From an uncultured Methanosarcinaceae archaeon (GTDB lineage Archaea > Halobacteriota > Methanosarcinia > Methanosarcinales > Methanosarcinaceae): a stretch of 64,000 bases of DNA. The notes beneath the pieces are model-generated. The model worked only from the letters and a program-made list of their open reading frames with translations, did not search any database and was not told where the DNA came from. A program made the translations under genes and the position numbers. Of the stretch, positions 19,818 through 31,404 are shown piece after piece. The stretch spans positions 128,001 through 192,000 of the forward strand of contig CAVRJG010000053.1 of the NCBI GenBank assembly GCA_963721455.1. Direction: 5' to 3'. How positions within the stretch are numbered: position 1 is the first letter of the stretch; every line of letters starts with the position of its first letter.

Positions 19818-20498
19818 TTATATCCAGCCGTTGGATTCAAGAAATTCAATAGCTTCTACAGTTCCGTCTCCAAATGAGGCTTCTGTCACGTAATTGGCAG
19901 CTTCCTTTATTTTTTCATCTCCGTTTCCGACAGCAATCCCGAAACCTGAAGCCTCAAACATCTCTACGTCGTTTGCTGAGTCTCCTATTGCTACAAAATC
20001 TTCAGCTTCAAGCCCCATCATACTTGCAAGTTTCTGGAGTCCTACACCTTTGTTAATTCTGATGCTCTTGATGTGGATAGCATATTTGGTATCAACCATT
20101 TCGACATCAAAGTTTTGAGTTTTTAGAAGGGCTCTGGCTTTTTTAAGGTCAAAATCTCTCCTGAGTGCAATCTCGGTTTTTCGGTATAAAGGGTCAAGTT
20201 TGGTGAACTTGAAATGCTCGGAAAGAAAAGAATAGGCTTTCTCGCATTCTTCCAGGCTTTCCTCAAAAGTGCCTTGCAAATCGAAGCGGACAGTAATAGC
20301 CCCTCCGTTTTCTGCGATTACAGCCCCATCCAGGCCAATAAGCTTTGATGCAGTTCTTGCATAACATAAAGTATTTCCTGTGGCAAGCACGACCGGGACT
20401 TTAAGAGAACGGATTTTTTTGACGGCTCCCAGATGCAGTTCTCTTTTCTCGCAGGTGATTGTGCCGTCGATGTCAACAACAATGGCTTTGAATTTCAT
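19818..20498 (-). CDS. Archaeal phosphoglycolate phosphatase (HAD/Cof type)
   Basis: DIDGTIT, LATGN, NKG and IGDSANDVEMF HAD motifs. Confidence 0.9.
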   Translation of the reverse strand: MKFKAIVVDIDGTITCEKRELHLGAVKKIRSLKVPVVLATGNTLCYARTASKLIGLDGAVIAENGGAITVRFDLQGTFEESLEECEKAYSFLSEHFKFTKLDPLYRKTEIALRRDFDLKKARALLKTQNFDVEMVDTKYAIHIKSIRINKGVGLQKLASMMGLEAEDFVAIGDSANDVEMFEASGFGIAVGNGDEKIKEAANYVTEASFGDGTVEAIEFLESNGWI

Positions 20499-20632
20499 TA
20501 AAAAAGATTGGGAATGGATAGATAAAACGTTTCCCTATCCATGAATATATACCCATCCGGATTTGGTTTTCAGAATCGTATTGAGTTACCGGTCTACATT
20601 TTAATATACCCTATCGTTAACTGGGTCTGTTG

Positions 20633-23184
20633 TCAGATATTATTTCTTATTTTGCTCTTGAGTAATCTAAGCCACGCAATACTTAGAGTTCCCACAATAA
20701 ACACAATCAGCAAGTCGTCACCGTGCAGCAGTGAGAAGCGGAACAGACTTCTTAAAGCCGGCACATACAGAACCAGAAGAAGGCCTGACAGCGCTCCTAC
20801 GAGCACATACCTTAACGCTTTGTTTTCCGACTTTAACGTTTTGATTAGGCTCTGTGACCAGGAAAGATTTGCCACAATTAAAGTAAGGTTGGCAATTACG
20901 AGCGTAGCGAATGTAAGTGTGCGTGCTTCGACTTCACCCTTGCCCATATATAATGCGTACAGGAAAACGACAATTACTCCTGCAAGCATGCTTGTGCCCT
21001 GCAACAGGCTCAGGGCTAGACCTTTTCTTCCAAACATTCTTTCCTGCAAATTTCGAGGTGGCCTATTCATTATGTTTTTCTCTTCAGGTTCAGCCTCAAA
21101 GACTGTTGAACAGGCCGGGTCAATTATCAGCTCAAGGAACGCTATATGGGCAGGTAAAAGGACCAGAGGCAAATTAAACAATATAGGGAACAAGGCTAGC
21201 CCTGCAATAGGCATGTGGACTGAGAATATGTAACCTATTGCTTTCTTGAGGTTATCGAAAATCCTCCTGCCCAGCCTGACAGCTGCAACTATGGATAAGA
21301 AATCATCGTTCAGAAGGACAATTGATGCAGACTCGCGGGCTACATCCGTACCCCTTTCTCCCATTGCAATCCCGATGTGAGCGGATTTCAAGGCAGGTGC
21401 ATCATTTACCCCATCGCCTGTCATTGCAACAACTTCACCGTTTAATTTTAAGGCATTTACAATTGTCAGTTTTTGTTCAGGCACAACCCGGGCGAAAATA
21501 TTTGTTGTTTTGATTTTCTCTGCAAGCTCAGTCCTTGCTCCATGCTGGCAAGCTCAGGGCCGGTAATGTACTTATCCGGATCTTTTAAACCGATCTGTCT
21601 TGCGATATGCTGGGCTGTACCGGGATAATCTCCCGTAATCATAATGACTCTTAATCCGGCTGTATAGCATTCCTTTACTGATTGGGCAACCTCTGGCCGG
21701 ACCGGGTCGACAAAACCAAGCAATCCTATAAATTCAAATTCGAAATCATGCTGTTTTTCAGGCAAAGAGTCATCCTGAAAACTGGCTTTAGCCACCCCTA
21801 GAAGCCTCAACCCTTTGTCTGCCATCTTCTGGACCTGGGACAGCAATTCCTCTTTTTCGGCCTCATTGAGATGGCATAACTCGAAAATAGCTTCAGGTGC
21901 GCCTTTTGTAGCGACAACATGTTTCCGGTGGTCGTTAGATTCCCATACATTTGATAGTGCAAGTAAGTTTTTTGAGAGAGGATATTCCCGGATTAGTTTC
22001 CATTCGCGGTGTATGTCCTCATGGTCTGGAAGGAATTTTTCAGTGCTTTTTTTGATCTCTTTCTCCAGCGGATCAAAGGGATCCTGCTGACTTGCCAGAT
22101 AGCCGAATTCAAGCAGCTCATGGAACTTCTCAAGCAGGCACTCATTTTTATCGATCTCACAGGATTCATTTCCTGAATATATGGAGCTTAAGATCATCCT
22201 GTTCAGTGTCAAAGTCCCTGTTTTATCCACGCAGAGCACTGTCGAAGAGCCAAGAGTCTCAATAGCAGGCATGCGCCGTACCAGAACATTCCTTTTGGAC
22301 ATGCGCCATGCGCCCATACTAAGGAATATAAGCAAAACCACTGAAAACTCTTCAGGGAGAAGAGCCATGCTCAAACTCAGTCCTGCCAGTAATCCGTGCA
22401 GCCAATCTCCTCTGGTTAATCCGTAGACTACTACTACAAGGGCACAGAGAATTCCTCCGACAATAGCAAAATTCTTTACAATTAAGGCTGTCTCTTTCTT
22501 TAGCAGAGAGTCTTCTTCGGCAATCGTCCCCAGAGCTTTTCCGATCTTGCCCATCTCGGTGTGTATCCCTGCTGCACTTACCTGAGCTACTCCGTGGCCC
22601 TGAATCACCAGTGTCCCGGAATATACAAACGGCAGATCGTCTCCTCCGGGCTGTCCGGGCTGCAAGGACTGGGTTAAGCCGGTAGATTCGGATTTTCTAA
22701 CTGCCAGCGATTCACCTGTGAGCAACGATTCGTCTACCAGAAGATTAGTACAGGAAAGCACGACTCCATCTGCAGGAATACGGTCTCCCTCTCTTAAAAT
22801 CAGAATGTCGCCTTTAACGACTTCCCGCCCTGGAATTCTCTTCTGTTCCCCGTCTCTTATCACAAGAGCCCTTGGGCTTGAGAGATTTTTTAAAGCCTCT
22901 AATGCTCTTTCGGTCTTTCTCTCCTGGTTAAATGTTATACCCACAACCACAAAAACGAACACTAGCAGTATCAGAGCATCTTTTACTTCTCCGAGGAACA
23001 GATAAATCAGACCTGCACCTAAAAGAAGAAGCAACATAGGTTCTTTAAGAACATTCAGTAAGATGGAAAAAAGGCTCTGTTTCTTTTGGGACGGCAATTC
23101 GTTATAGCCTTCATTCTTAAGTATTTCAGCGGCTTCTGCATCTGAATGTCCAGTTATATTTTCTGGATCGAATGTTGTTTCCAT
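20633..23184 (-). pseudogene. Cation-transporting P-type ATPase split by one frameshift (~21530)
   Basis: DESLLTGES, DKTGTLT, KGAPE and MITGD in the first ORF; TGDGVNDAPALK in the second; linker ELAEKIKTTNIFARVVPEQK lies in the second frame; may be a sequencing error. Confidence 0.85.
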
Positions 23185-23489
23185 TTTTTTATACCTGCTG
23201 TAATATCCCACTATACTCATCGTGCTTTAAAATTTCGAAATTTTTGCCGGGGAATATGGATACATTGTAAGGAAATTCTCAAAAATAAATTCCAGGGAGT
23301 ATAATTATCTCAACTCTACTATAACTCTGTTATTATAGTCCTTAAATCAGTGAATTTACACTGGAAATCTAAAAGATACCCCCTTCTCTGTTTGTTTTCC
23401 ATATAAAGTCTACGTTGGATCCGGGTAGTGAGGTTGGAGGAATACCACGAATCCTGGATTAAGCGAGGAATCATGATAAGTTGCATCTG

Positions 23490-23535
23490 TTCAACTGGGA
23501 GATTATTTTCCACCAATACAAAACAGCGAAGAGCC
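23490..23535. mobile_element. MITE family A end
   Basis: TTATTTTCCACCAATACAAAACAGCGAAGAGCC. Confidence 0.7.
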
Positions 23536-23536
23536 A

Positions 23537-23707
23537 GCTATGTTGAAAACCAGGAAAACCGTGAAGAAAAAGAAGCAAATCAGCCCAGGAAAAGAAGGAG
23601 CACCCCATCAAATGAAAATGCCTGATTTTGAATGAATACATTATACCGAGAGCGCTGGCGCGAACATACTTCTCTGCTTGCAGAGGGTGCGCCGGCGCAA
23701 CTTTGAT
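23537..23707 (+). mobile_element. Remnant of an IS200-type element (tnpA 3' end plus right end)
   Basis: YVENQENREEKEA matches YVENQGNEEEKEA of the tnpA at 30858-31304; GGCGCGAACATAC...GTGCGCCGGCGCAACTTTGAT matches that element's right end. Confidence 0.8.
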
Positions 23708-23798
23708 TGGAATTACCCCGGTATAGTATCCTATTCAGGAACAAAAATTCCAGACTTTAGAGCTGGATGAGTATAGTTACCGTCCACTTATTTTATTT

Positions 23799-24776
23799 TT
23801 ACTGATCCGTGAGTCCTGCTGTAGTAACTGCGACAATAGCTTCTCCTTCAGGCAGGTTAGGAGAGTCAACCAGACGGATGATTCTTTTTTCTCCCTTGGA
23901 TTTCCGCAGGTAGAGCCTGAAGGTTGCCGTGTGCCCCACAATATGCCCTCCGACAGGCCTTGTGGGGTCACCAAAGAAGGCATCGGGTTTTGACATGACC
24001 TGGTTTGTCACAATTATACAGGCATTGAATAAGTCCCCGAAACGAAGCAGGCCGTGCATGTGCTTATTGAGTTTCTGCTGTCTGTCTGCAAGAGTTCCCC
24101 TTCCGACGTATTCAGCCCTGAAATGAGCCATAAGAGAGTCAACGATCAGCAGGCGAACGGGTTTGCCCATTTCCCTGAGCTCGTTTGCCAGGTCTGTTGC
24201 GGAGTCCACAAGAAGTATCTGGTGATTGGAATTGTATGCTCTGGCAACATGGATATTCTGGAGAAATTCCTCAGGGTCAAGTTCCATGCCGTATTTCTCG
24301 GAAAGCCCTTTTACCATCTGGGTAATTCTTTCAGGTCTGAAGGTATTTTCAGTGTCGATTATGATAACCGAACCATTCAGGCCTCCGTGTTCCCTGTCCA
24401 TCTGGACATTGACTGCAAGCTGGTGGGCCAGCTGGGTCTTTCCGGAACCGAATTCTCCGTAAAGTTCGGTAATAGCCTGGGTTTCTATGCCCCCACCCAT
24501 CATTTCATTAAATTCCGTACAACCGGTGGTCAGCTTGCCTACTAATTTCCGCCTTTCAAGCACGACGTCTCCGGTCTCAAAGCCTCCAATATCAGCAGCC
24601 TGCCTTGCAGCATTGATGATTTTTGCAGCAGTTGATTCCCCGATCTCGGCTGTATTTGCAAGTTCAGCAGGAGAGGCTACCGCCACTGCTTCAATGGTAT
24701 TAAATCCGGCTTCTTTGAGTTTTTCTGCAGTTGCAGGGCCAACTCCGGGCAACTCTTCGAGTGATATTTCGCTCAT
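23799..24776 (-). CDS. radA: DNA repair and recombination protein RadA
   Basis: N-terminal Hh[46 protein letters not shown]. Confidence 0.98.
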   Translation of the reverse strand: MSEISLEELPGVGPATAEKLKEAGFNTIEAVAVASPAELANTAEIGESTAAKIINAARQAADIGGFETGDVVLERRKLVGKLTTGCTEFNEMMGGGIETQAITELYGEFGSGKTQLAHQLAVNVQMDREHGGLNGSVIIIDTENTFRPERITQMVKGLSEKYGMELDPEEFLQNIHVARAYNSNHQILLVDSATDLANELREMGKPVRLLIVDSLMAHFRAEYVGRGTLADRQQKLNKHMHGLLRFGDLFNACIIVTNQVMSKPDAFFGDPTRPVGGHIVGHTATFRLYLRKSKGEKRIIRLVDSPNLPEGEAIVAVTTAGLTDQ

Positions 24777-25065
24777 TACAAATTACTCCTAAGATGCACA
24801 TGTTTGTATAAGGTGCATAACAGTTGCTTCACTATAGTTTTGCAGGTATATATAATTAGAGAGGGCGGGGTGAAAGTATTTGAAGAAATAGAAAAAACGC
24901 ATTCATAAGGCTCAAAACATAGCAAAAATAAAGGAAAAGAGGGTCTTTTTTGTGGGTTTAAGTTCACATAAAAAGGAAAAATGTAAAAAGAAAAGAACAA
25001 AGGAAAGCTTCCAAAAAACCGGAAAAAACCAAAACTTCTTTTTACTTAGTAGATTATCACCCATC

Positions 25066-25536
25066 ATGCCAAAGGTCGCAGTCGGTGGTACGTTTCAGTA
25101 TTTTCATGACGGACACGCCAAACTGATTGAAAAAGCATTTAAGATAGCAGAAGATGGAAAAGTCCATATAGGGCTTACCTCGGACGAGATGCTGCATAAA
25201 AACCACAGCATCGATACCTATGAAAACAGGAGAAAACGGCTGCTGAAGTACATAAAAGAGATGGGATTCCCAGACGACAGATATGAAGTTACAAGGCTGA
25301 ATGACCCCTGCGGCCCTACTATCGAAGAGGAATTCGATTATATTGTTGTCTCTCCTGAGACTTACCCGGTTGCCCTTAAAATCAACCGCGTCAGGGAAGA
25401 AAAAGGAAAGAAGCCTCTGGAAATAGTATACGTTGAATATGTAATGGCTGACGATGGAATCCCGATTTCGTCAACCAGGATTGCAAAGGGAGAAATTGAC
25501 AGGCACGGCAGACTGAAAAAGAACATTGAACATTAA
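25066..25536 (+). CDS. coaD: Archaeal phosphopantetheine adenylyltransferase
   Basis: VAVGGTFQYFHDGH, IVVSPET, PISSTRI; ATG at 25066. Confidence 0.9.
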   Translation: MPKVAVGGTFQYFHDGHAKLIEKAFKIAEDGKVHIGLTSDEMLHKNHSIDTYENRRKRLLKYIKEMGFPDDRYEVTRLNDPCGPTIEEEFDYIVVSPETYPVALKINRVREEKGKKPLEIVYVEYVMADDGIPISSTRIAKGEIDRHGRLKKNIEH

Positions 25537-25606
25537 AACAATTCCAGTCCAGGATTATTTTGATTTTAACTAGCTATAAATCAGGACCGAACCGTAAAGT
25601 GATAAT

Positions 25607-25939
25607 ATGCCCAGAGAATTTACGCAGAAAGATATTGAGATTTTTAACAAGCTTGCTCCTGAAGCCGGGGGAAAGTTAATTTCCAGAGAAGTAGGACACC
25701 AATATCCCTTTATCCTGCGCCCGGTCTCACACAAGTTTGCCGAATCGCCTGAAGACTTCAGGAAAAGACTGGAGAGGCTGAACCCTGAGGAACTCGATTA
25801 CCTTGTAGAACTTGCCCTGGAAGGAAAGGAAGACGTTCAATCTCTGGACGAAGACCTTGAAGAGCTGGTTGCAGTAGTTACCGAAAAGCTGTCTCCTGAG
25901 AGGGCAAAGCAGCTAAAGGACTTCGTGGGAATCTTCTGA
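25607..25939 (+). CDS. Hypothetical protein, 110 aa
   Basis: Clean ORF with host-like codon usage between coaD and the endonuclease. Confidence 0.8.
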   Translation: MPREFTQKDIEIFNKLAPEAGGKLISREVGHQYPFILRPVSHKFAESPEDFRKRLERLNPEELDYLVELALEGKEDVQSLDEDLEELVAVVTEKLSPERAKQLKDFVGIF

Positions 25940-25962
25940 AAAGGATACAGGATATTTAAAAA

Positions 25963-26802
25963 ATGCCCCCGAAAAAACTGCTTTTCGGAACTGCAGGGAT
26001 TCCGAGAAGCACAAAAGGAAACAACAGTATCTCGGGAATCGAGAGGGTCAGGGAACTTGGCCTCGATTGTATGGAACTTGAGTTTGTCCAGGGAGTGCGC
26101 ATGGGCGAAAAAGGGGCTGGAAATGTCCTGGAAGCTGCAGAAAAGAGAAATATAGCCCTGAGTGTCCATGCACCTTATTATATCAACCTGAATTCTTCGG
26201 AAGAAGAAAAACTCAAGGCAAGTCTGGAGAGGATCTATCAGGCCGCCAGAATAGGCAGCCTCTGCGGAGCTGAGTCCATCGTATTACATGCGGCTTTTTA
26301 CCAGAAAAGCAGCAAACAGGACACCTATGAGAGAGTATCAAGAGCTCTGGAAGAGCTTACTGGACAGTTAAGGGACGAAGGAATTCCTGCAGTCCTGCGC
26401 CCTGAGACTATGGGCAAGCGTACGCAGTTCGGAACCCTTGAAGAAGTGCTTGCCCTGAGTGCTGAAATTGAAGGGGTTATGCCCTGCCTGGACTTTTCCC
26501 ATATGCATGCAAGGGAAGGAAAGGAAAATTCCTATTCCGAGTTTATGACAATTCTCTCTAAAGTAGAGGAAACCCTTGGAAAAGAAGGGCTTTCAAATAT
26601 GCATATGCATATCTCGGGAATAGAATATGATAAAAATGGGGAAAGAAAGCACCTGACTTTAAAAGAATCCGATTTTAATTACCCCGAACTTTTAAGAGCG
26701 ATTAAAGAATTCGAAATTGGAGGGCTCGTGATATGCGAAAGCCCTGTCCTGGAAGAAGACGCACTTCTGCTCAGGAAGACTTACGGTGAGTTAGAGATAT
26801 AA
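25963..26802 (+). CDS. Endonuclease IV-like TIM-barrel protein
   Basis: SVHAPYYINLNS, PETMGK, LDFSHMHAR, HMHISGI, ICESP. Confidence 0.9.
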   Translation: MPPKKLLFGTAGIPRSTKGNNSISGIERVRELGLDCMELEFVQGVRMGEKGAGNVLEAAEKRNIALSVHAPYYINLNSSEEEKLKASLERIYQAARIGSLCGAESIVLHAAFYQKSSKQDTYERVSRALEELTGQLRDEGIPAVLRPETMGKRTQFGTLEEVLALSAEIEGVMPCLDFSHMHAREGKENSYSEFMTILSKVEETLGKEGLSNMHMHISGIEYDKNGERKHLTLKESDFNYPELLRAIKEFEIGGLVICESPVLEEDALLLRKTYGELEI

Positions 26803-26856
26803 TCTCAATAATCCAATTATGTCCTCAATAATCCAATTAGAATCTCAAACTCCTTA

Positions 26857-28221
26857 TTAAGTCATACCAGGAGTTTCGGGACTGTCATCGGTCTCTTCAA
26901 GCCACTTGCAGCCTTCTTCTCTATTGGCTACTCCAACAGTGAATTCTATCCCGCTTTTTTCCACATACTCCCTTATCCTCTTCAGGGCATGGTCCACCAT
27001 ACCGCCTGCTGTAAGGATAAGGCAACGCTTTCCACAAAGAGCCATCAGGATGGATTTGTCTATAACGCCTGAAGTAACGTCCAGGTGGACCCCGTCATAC
27101 TCGGCAAGGGTCTTACTTTTCTTGCCCATTGCTCCTACAAAGACAACTTCTCCTTCCTTCAGAATCTGGTTCACCTCTGACAGGGAATAGATGTCAGTAT
27201 CATAAAGTAACACTCCGCCGGCTTTAATCCCTTTACGCTTCAGTTCAACAATAGCCCTCCCACCGGAATGGATATGCAGAACTGTGGCGTTAATAGCCTC
27301 GTAAGGAGATTGAGTCGCATATTCCCCATACATAACTCCAATGTTCAGGCTATCTCCTTCTCTGACTCTCGGAGGGACATCAACCCACATAAGGTCCAGG
27401 GGTTTTAAAGTATTGACAAGTTCAGGTATGGTTTTTGGAGAGTTTTTACCGTACGCAAGCCCTCGTCTTTCGATTTCGTGATAAATCTCAAGGGTGGTGG
27501 GCTGGCGGAGGCTTGCTTTTTTAAGAAGCTCCTGTTCTTTGAAGACCTCTGCGGGTGTTCCCTGCCCTATAAGTTTACTGTTTGACATGAGATATACATA
27601 GTCAGACCAGCGGTATGCCAGGTCCACGTCATGCGTAGAGATGATGATGGTGCTTCCGAAGTGGTTAAATTCGTTTAGCAGGTCCATTATTTCATCTGCG
27701 CCAACCGGATCAAGGTTTGAGAGGGGTTCGTCCAGGATAATTACTTCGGGTTCCATCGCCATAATCCCGGCAATTGCAACTCTCTTTTTCTGCCCTCCGC
27801 TGAGGTGATGGGGGGGCTTATCCTTCAAGCGGGAGAGACCTACCTGCTCAAGGGCTTGCTGCACGCGAGCATCGACCCTTTCTTTTGAATAACCCAGGTT
27901 TGCCGGCCCGAAAGCTACATCCTGGTACACTGTGGGGGCAAAGATCTGGTCATCGGAATTCTGAAAAACAATTCCTACGGATTTCCGGATTTCCCGGAGG
28001 GACTTTGAATCGTATTTAATGGGAACTCCATGGAAAAGGACCTCGCCTTCAGCTGGCTTTAAAGTCCCGTTAAGGAGGAGAAAAAGCGTGGACTTTCCTG
28101 AGCCGTTTTGCCCGACAAAGGCTACCTTTTTTCCTTTTTTGATTTCGATGTTCAGGTCCTGAACAGCTGCAGTCCCGTCCGGGTATTTGTATTTAAGGCC
28201 CCTGGTCTCAAGAATGATCAT
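26857..28221 (-). CDS. cbiO: Cobalt ECF transporter ATPase
   Basis: [27 protein letters not shown]; follows cbiMNQ. Confidence 0.92.
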   Translation of the reverse strand: MIILETRGLKYKYPDGTAAVQDLNIEIKKGKKVAFVGQNGSGKSTLFLLLNGTLKPAEGEVLFHGVPIKYDSKSLREIRKSVGIVFQNSDDQIFAPTVYQDVAFGPANLGYSKERVDARVQQALEQVGLSRLKDKPPHHLSGGQKKRVAIAGIMAMEPEVIILDEPLSNLDPVGADEIMDLLNEFNHFGSTIIISTHDVDLAYRWSDYVYLMSNSKLIGQGTPAEVFKEQELLKKASLRQPTTLEIYHEIERRGLAYGKNSPKTIPELVNTLKPLDLMWVDVPPRVREGDSLNIGVMYGEYATQSPYEAINATVLHIHSGGRAIVELKRKGIKAGGVLLYDTDIYSLSEVNQILKEGEVVFVGAMGKKSKTLAEYDGVHLDVTSGVIDKSILMALCGKRCLILTAGGMVDHALKRIREYVEKSGIEFTVGVANREEGCKWLEETDDSPETPGMT

Positions 28222-28232
28222 GATCTGTTACC

Positions 28233-29015
28233 TCAAACAATGGATATGTTTTTTGTAAAATAAAATAGTGCAAGAGTCGAAAGAAAGTAGGCAGAGGTCA
28301 AAAGCAATTCTGTTGCTCTTACAGGCCTGTGAACCTCGAAAAGAGTCATTTTTCCGTCATAGCACCTGGAATTCATGGCCAGGAAGAGTTTGTCTCCCTG
28401 CTCCCAGGACCTTATAAAAAGTGTGCTCCCGAGCATTCCTATGGAATTGAGGGATCGCCTGAAGTTGGAATACCCTAACCTGACCGTCTGCGCGTACTTA
28501 ATGCAAAGGGCCATATCCAGGAAAACAAAAATGTACCTGTAGATCAGCATTGAAAGCTCTATAAGGGATTCAGGAAGCCTGGAAGCTTTGAGCACGGCAA
28601 AGAGCTCTATCATGGGGGTTGTCAGCGCAAGAAAGTAAAGGCAGCACATCCCGCTTAAGGACCTTGAAAGCACCAGGAGGGCAAGTTCAAGCCCGTCTGC
28701 CCTTATCGAGAGAGGATACCCTATGAGTTCGAAGGATAGCAGTTCCTGCCCCGAACCTGAGAAAAAAGCAATGATGATCACACCTGTGAATGCAAAACCT
28801 ACCGGAGCAAGCAGAAGTTTCAGGTATAATTTTAAAGGAGCCCTGCCGAAGGCAACTGTTGTAAAGCTCATACAGAGGGCTATGAAAAGAGGGGTGATAG
28901 GGGACGTGGAAGAGACTCCGACAAGCAGCCCGAAAAGAACTATTGCCAGTTTCAACCAGTTGTTTCGGTGCCTGAGAGGGCTCATAAGGGCATAGTCATC
29001 AAGAATATTGGTCAT
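28233..29015 (-). CDS. cbiQ: Cobalt ECF transporter T component
   Basis: Hydrophobic; LIYRYIFVF and AMNSRCYDG motifs. Confidence 0.92.
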   Translation of the reverse strand: MTNILDDYALMSPLRHRNNWLKLAIVLFGLLVGVSSTSPITPLFIALCMSFTTVAFGRAPLKLYLKLLLAPVGFAFTGVIIIAFFSGSGQELLSFELIGYPLSIRADGLELALLVLSRSLSGMCCLYFLALTTPMIELFAVLKASRLPESLIELSMLIYRYIFVFLDMALCIKYAQTVRLGYSNFRRSLNSIGMLGSTLFIRSWEQGDKLFLAMNSRCYDGKMTLFEVHRPVRATELLLTSAYFLSTLALFYFTKNISIV

Positions 29016-29131
29016 AAGGTAACCCGCAGATAAGTGGATGAAAACTAAAAATTAAAGGTTAAAAATAAAAGGCAAAAGATAAAAACTTTCCTACCTCAAA
29101 GGGAGGAAAGCAAACATGGAAGAAAAAGAGA

Positions 29132-29470
29132 TTATAGAGAATGTCCATCGCTTTCTGACTTTTTCCCTTTGTACCCAAGCTCATTTTCATAGTTTTTTTT
29201 GGCCCTGTAATAACCAAAGAAGTATCCGAGAATCCCTGCACCTATGGCTGCCTGAAGGCCGAAAAGCAGGCTTTCAATTTCTCCGCTTGGAGGCTCCCAG
29301 ATAGGTTCTGCAATTGGTTTGTAGGTCCCGCCAGTGATGTCATTTATCACGCCTTCAGCTTCTCCGTCAGCCCCTCCGTACTCCGCATCCGTGGTTGAAG
29401 ACATGTAAAAGAACTGCGCTGCAAAGATCAGGAGAATGGCAAGTACGATAATTTCCAGTTTCCTGCTCAC
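29132..29470 (-). CDS. cbiN: Cobalt transport protein CbiN
   Basis: GGADG...WEPPSGEIESLLFGLQAAIGAG. Confidence 0.93.
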   Translation of the reverse strand: MSRKLEIIVLAILLIFAAQFFYMSSTTDAEYGGADGEAEGVINDITGGTYKPIAEPIWEPPSGEIESLLFGLQAAIGAGILGYFFGYYRAKKNYENELGYKGKKSESDGHSL

Positions 29471-30162
29471 GCGGAAGTCCCCCTCAGTTTCCGCACAACT
29501 GCCTCTTCAAGGACTTTCATTTCCACGAGGATATCACTCTTGACATTAACTACATACTTAAAGAGCAGGGCACTGACAGCGCCTTCCATGATCGCAAGGG
29601 GCAGCTGAGTCACTGCAAAGATAGCCGCAAATCTGGTAAATGAGGCAAGGACTCCTCCGGAAGCCGCCGGGAAAGCCAGGGCAAGTTCCACAGAGGTAGT
29701 TACATAAGTAGCCCAATCCCCAAAGGCTGTAGCGAGAAAGACGACAAGATAGAAGTTAAGCCTTGCTTTCATCCCTGCTTTATATATAAAATACGACACA
29801 AAAGGGCCCACAATACCCATGGAAAAGACATTTGCTCCAAGGGTTGTCAGGCCGCCATGTGCGAGGAAAAGAGCCTGGTAGATGAGCACGATGGTCCCGA
29901 GAACGGCGGAAATCGCAGGCCCGAAGATGATCGCAGAAACACCGGTTCCTGTAGGATGAGAGCAACTTCCGGTTACCGAAGGTAGTTTCAGGGAGGACAG
30001 CACAAAAATAAACGCACCTGCAACAGCCAGAAGAGGCAATATCTCGCGTTTTTCTTTTACCAGTCCATTCAATTTATGGATTCCGTACATTATCACCGGA
30101 ATAGATACTGCAAACCAGATCTGCCACCAGGGCGTCGGTAAAAAGCCTTCCATTATATGCAT
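29467..30162 (-). CDS. cbiM: Cobalt ECF transporter S component
   Basis: MHIMEGFLP N-terminus, SCSHPTG, AHGGLTTLGAN. Confidence 0.96.
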   Translation of the reverse strand: MHIMEGFLPTPWWQIWFAVSIPVIMYGIHKLNGLVKEKREILPLLAVAGAFIFVLSSLKLPSVTGSCSHPTGTGVSAIIFGPAISAVLGTIVLIYQALFLAHGGLTTLGANVFSMGIVGPFVSYFIYKAGMKARLNFYLVVFLATAFGDWATYVTTSVELALAFPAASGGVLASFTRFAAIFAVTQLPLAIMEGAVSALLFKYVVNVKSDILVEMKVLEEAVVRKLRGTSA

Positions 30163-30516
30163 TGGGTCACCGTCGGGATATCAAGTAAATATTAATGAGC
30201 TTAAGACAAGTTAAATTGCGTTATTCCTTACATAAAGGTTACGGTGAAGAGGAAGCAGGCGCATGAGAGCCTATAAAATTAATTTAGAGGTGACAATATT
30301 TGTAAGATAAAAAGAATCTGGAGCAGAACAAGCAAACATGAATAATATTAAGTATAAATCGGAAAAAATATCCTCTGCTTTTTTGATTATGCAATCTAGC
30401 TCTGTCCAGTAAAACCAAAGCAAGAAGCTCAGTAATAAATTATCGTATTTATATTTCATGCGTCATCGGTTAAGCATTAAGTAATCACTTCTGTATGTGT
30501 TTTTATAATAATAATC

Positions 30517-30660
30517 CATTTGTATTCGGTTAAGGAATCTGTTAACCTTAAAATGACTACTGCAATCATCTATTCATCTCGATTTACATTTATAGGTTTA
30601 CAGAAACGGCAACGAAAATAACACATTTCTTATCGATCGTATCTTAACCGAATACAAATG
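30517..30660. repeat. 144-bp segment bounded by a perfect 18-bp inverted repeat
   Basis: CATTTGTATTCGGTTAAG (30517-30534) / CTTAACCGAATACAAATG (30643-30660). Confidence 0.8.
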
Positions 30661-30783
30661 TATATTCCTAGTCGTCATAACAAATACTTCACAAAAACAT
30701 ACCCTTGAAAATAAAGCCAAAATTTGAACATTGACGACATACTAATTATTTTTGGTTAACAATTACAATAAAAAACAATTACA

Positions 30784-31404
30784 ATCAAAGTTGCGCTGGC
30801 GCACCCCGCTGCAAGCAACGGGGTATGTTCGCGCCACCGCTGTGGTTTTAGTGGTTATTAAAAATCGAATATTCTCATTTGCTGATATGCTTCTTTTTCT
30901 TCCTCGTTTCCCTGATTTTCAACATAGTTTTTGATAATATCGGAAGTTGTTCCGTCTCCTACAGTTCCGATATATCCTCCATCACTCCAGAGTTCACCAC
31001 CCCAAAGCTGTTTTTTAATCTCAGGATATTGCTTAAAAATATGTCTTGCTGTAATGCTTTTTATTATCTGCATTACTCTTGAAGGAGAATACTTCGGCTC
31101 AGCACCAACAAAAAGATGGACATGATCACCATCACCACCAATTGCATCAAATTCAAAGCAGTACCTTTCACCAATCTCAAAACAGACGGTTTTCAAAAAA
31201 GTAATCAGTTCTGTCTCTAAAAGAAGCTTTTTCCGATACTTAATACAAAAAACCATGTGGTATCTTATTTTATAGACACAATGATTTGCATGTCGGAGTT
31301 CCATTTACAGTACAAATGTAACTAAAAATATAAAGCGATTATTTAACAACGGTTATCGGGGAAGTTTTCCATCCCCGCAGCAAGCTGCGGGGTATTCGAC
31401 TGAA
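30784..31404 (-). mobile_element. IS200/IS605-family element carrying tnpA only
   Basis: Subterminal hairpins ACCCCGCTGCAAGCAACGGGGT and CCCCGCAGCAAGCTGCGGGG; no TIR or TSD; excision restores an intact repeat unit (boundary ambiguous by ~3 bp). Confidence 0.9.
30858..31304 (-). CDS. tnpA: IS200-type Y1/HUH transposase
   Basis: YHMVFCIKYR, DHVHLFV (HUH), LWSDGGY, IKNYVENQ. Confidence 0.95.
   Translation of the reverse strand: MELRHANHCVYKIRYHMVFCIKYRKKLLLETELITFLKTVCFEIGERYCFEFDAIGGDGDHVHLFVGAEPKYSPSRVMQIIKSITARHIFKQYPEIKKQLWGGELWSDGGYIGTVGDGTTSDIIKNYVENQGNEEEKEAYQQMRIFDF

Noticed and set aside
30163-30520. Cobalamin riboswitch upstream of cbiM
   Set aside because: No B12-box or other recognisable consensus; the region is AT-rich
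30784-31404. TnpB/omega-RNA system or REP-associated tyrosine transposase
   Set aside because: No tnpB in the 621-bp element; it has only two end hairpins and an ordinary IS200-type TnpA
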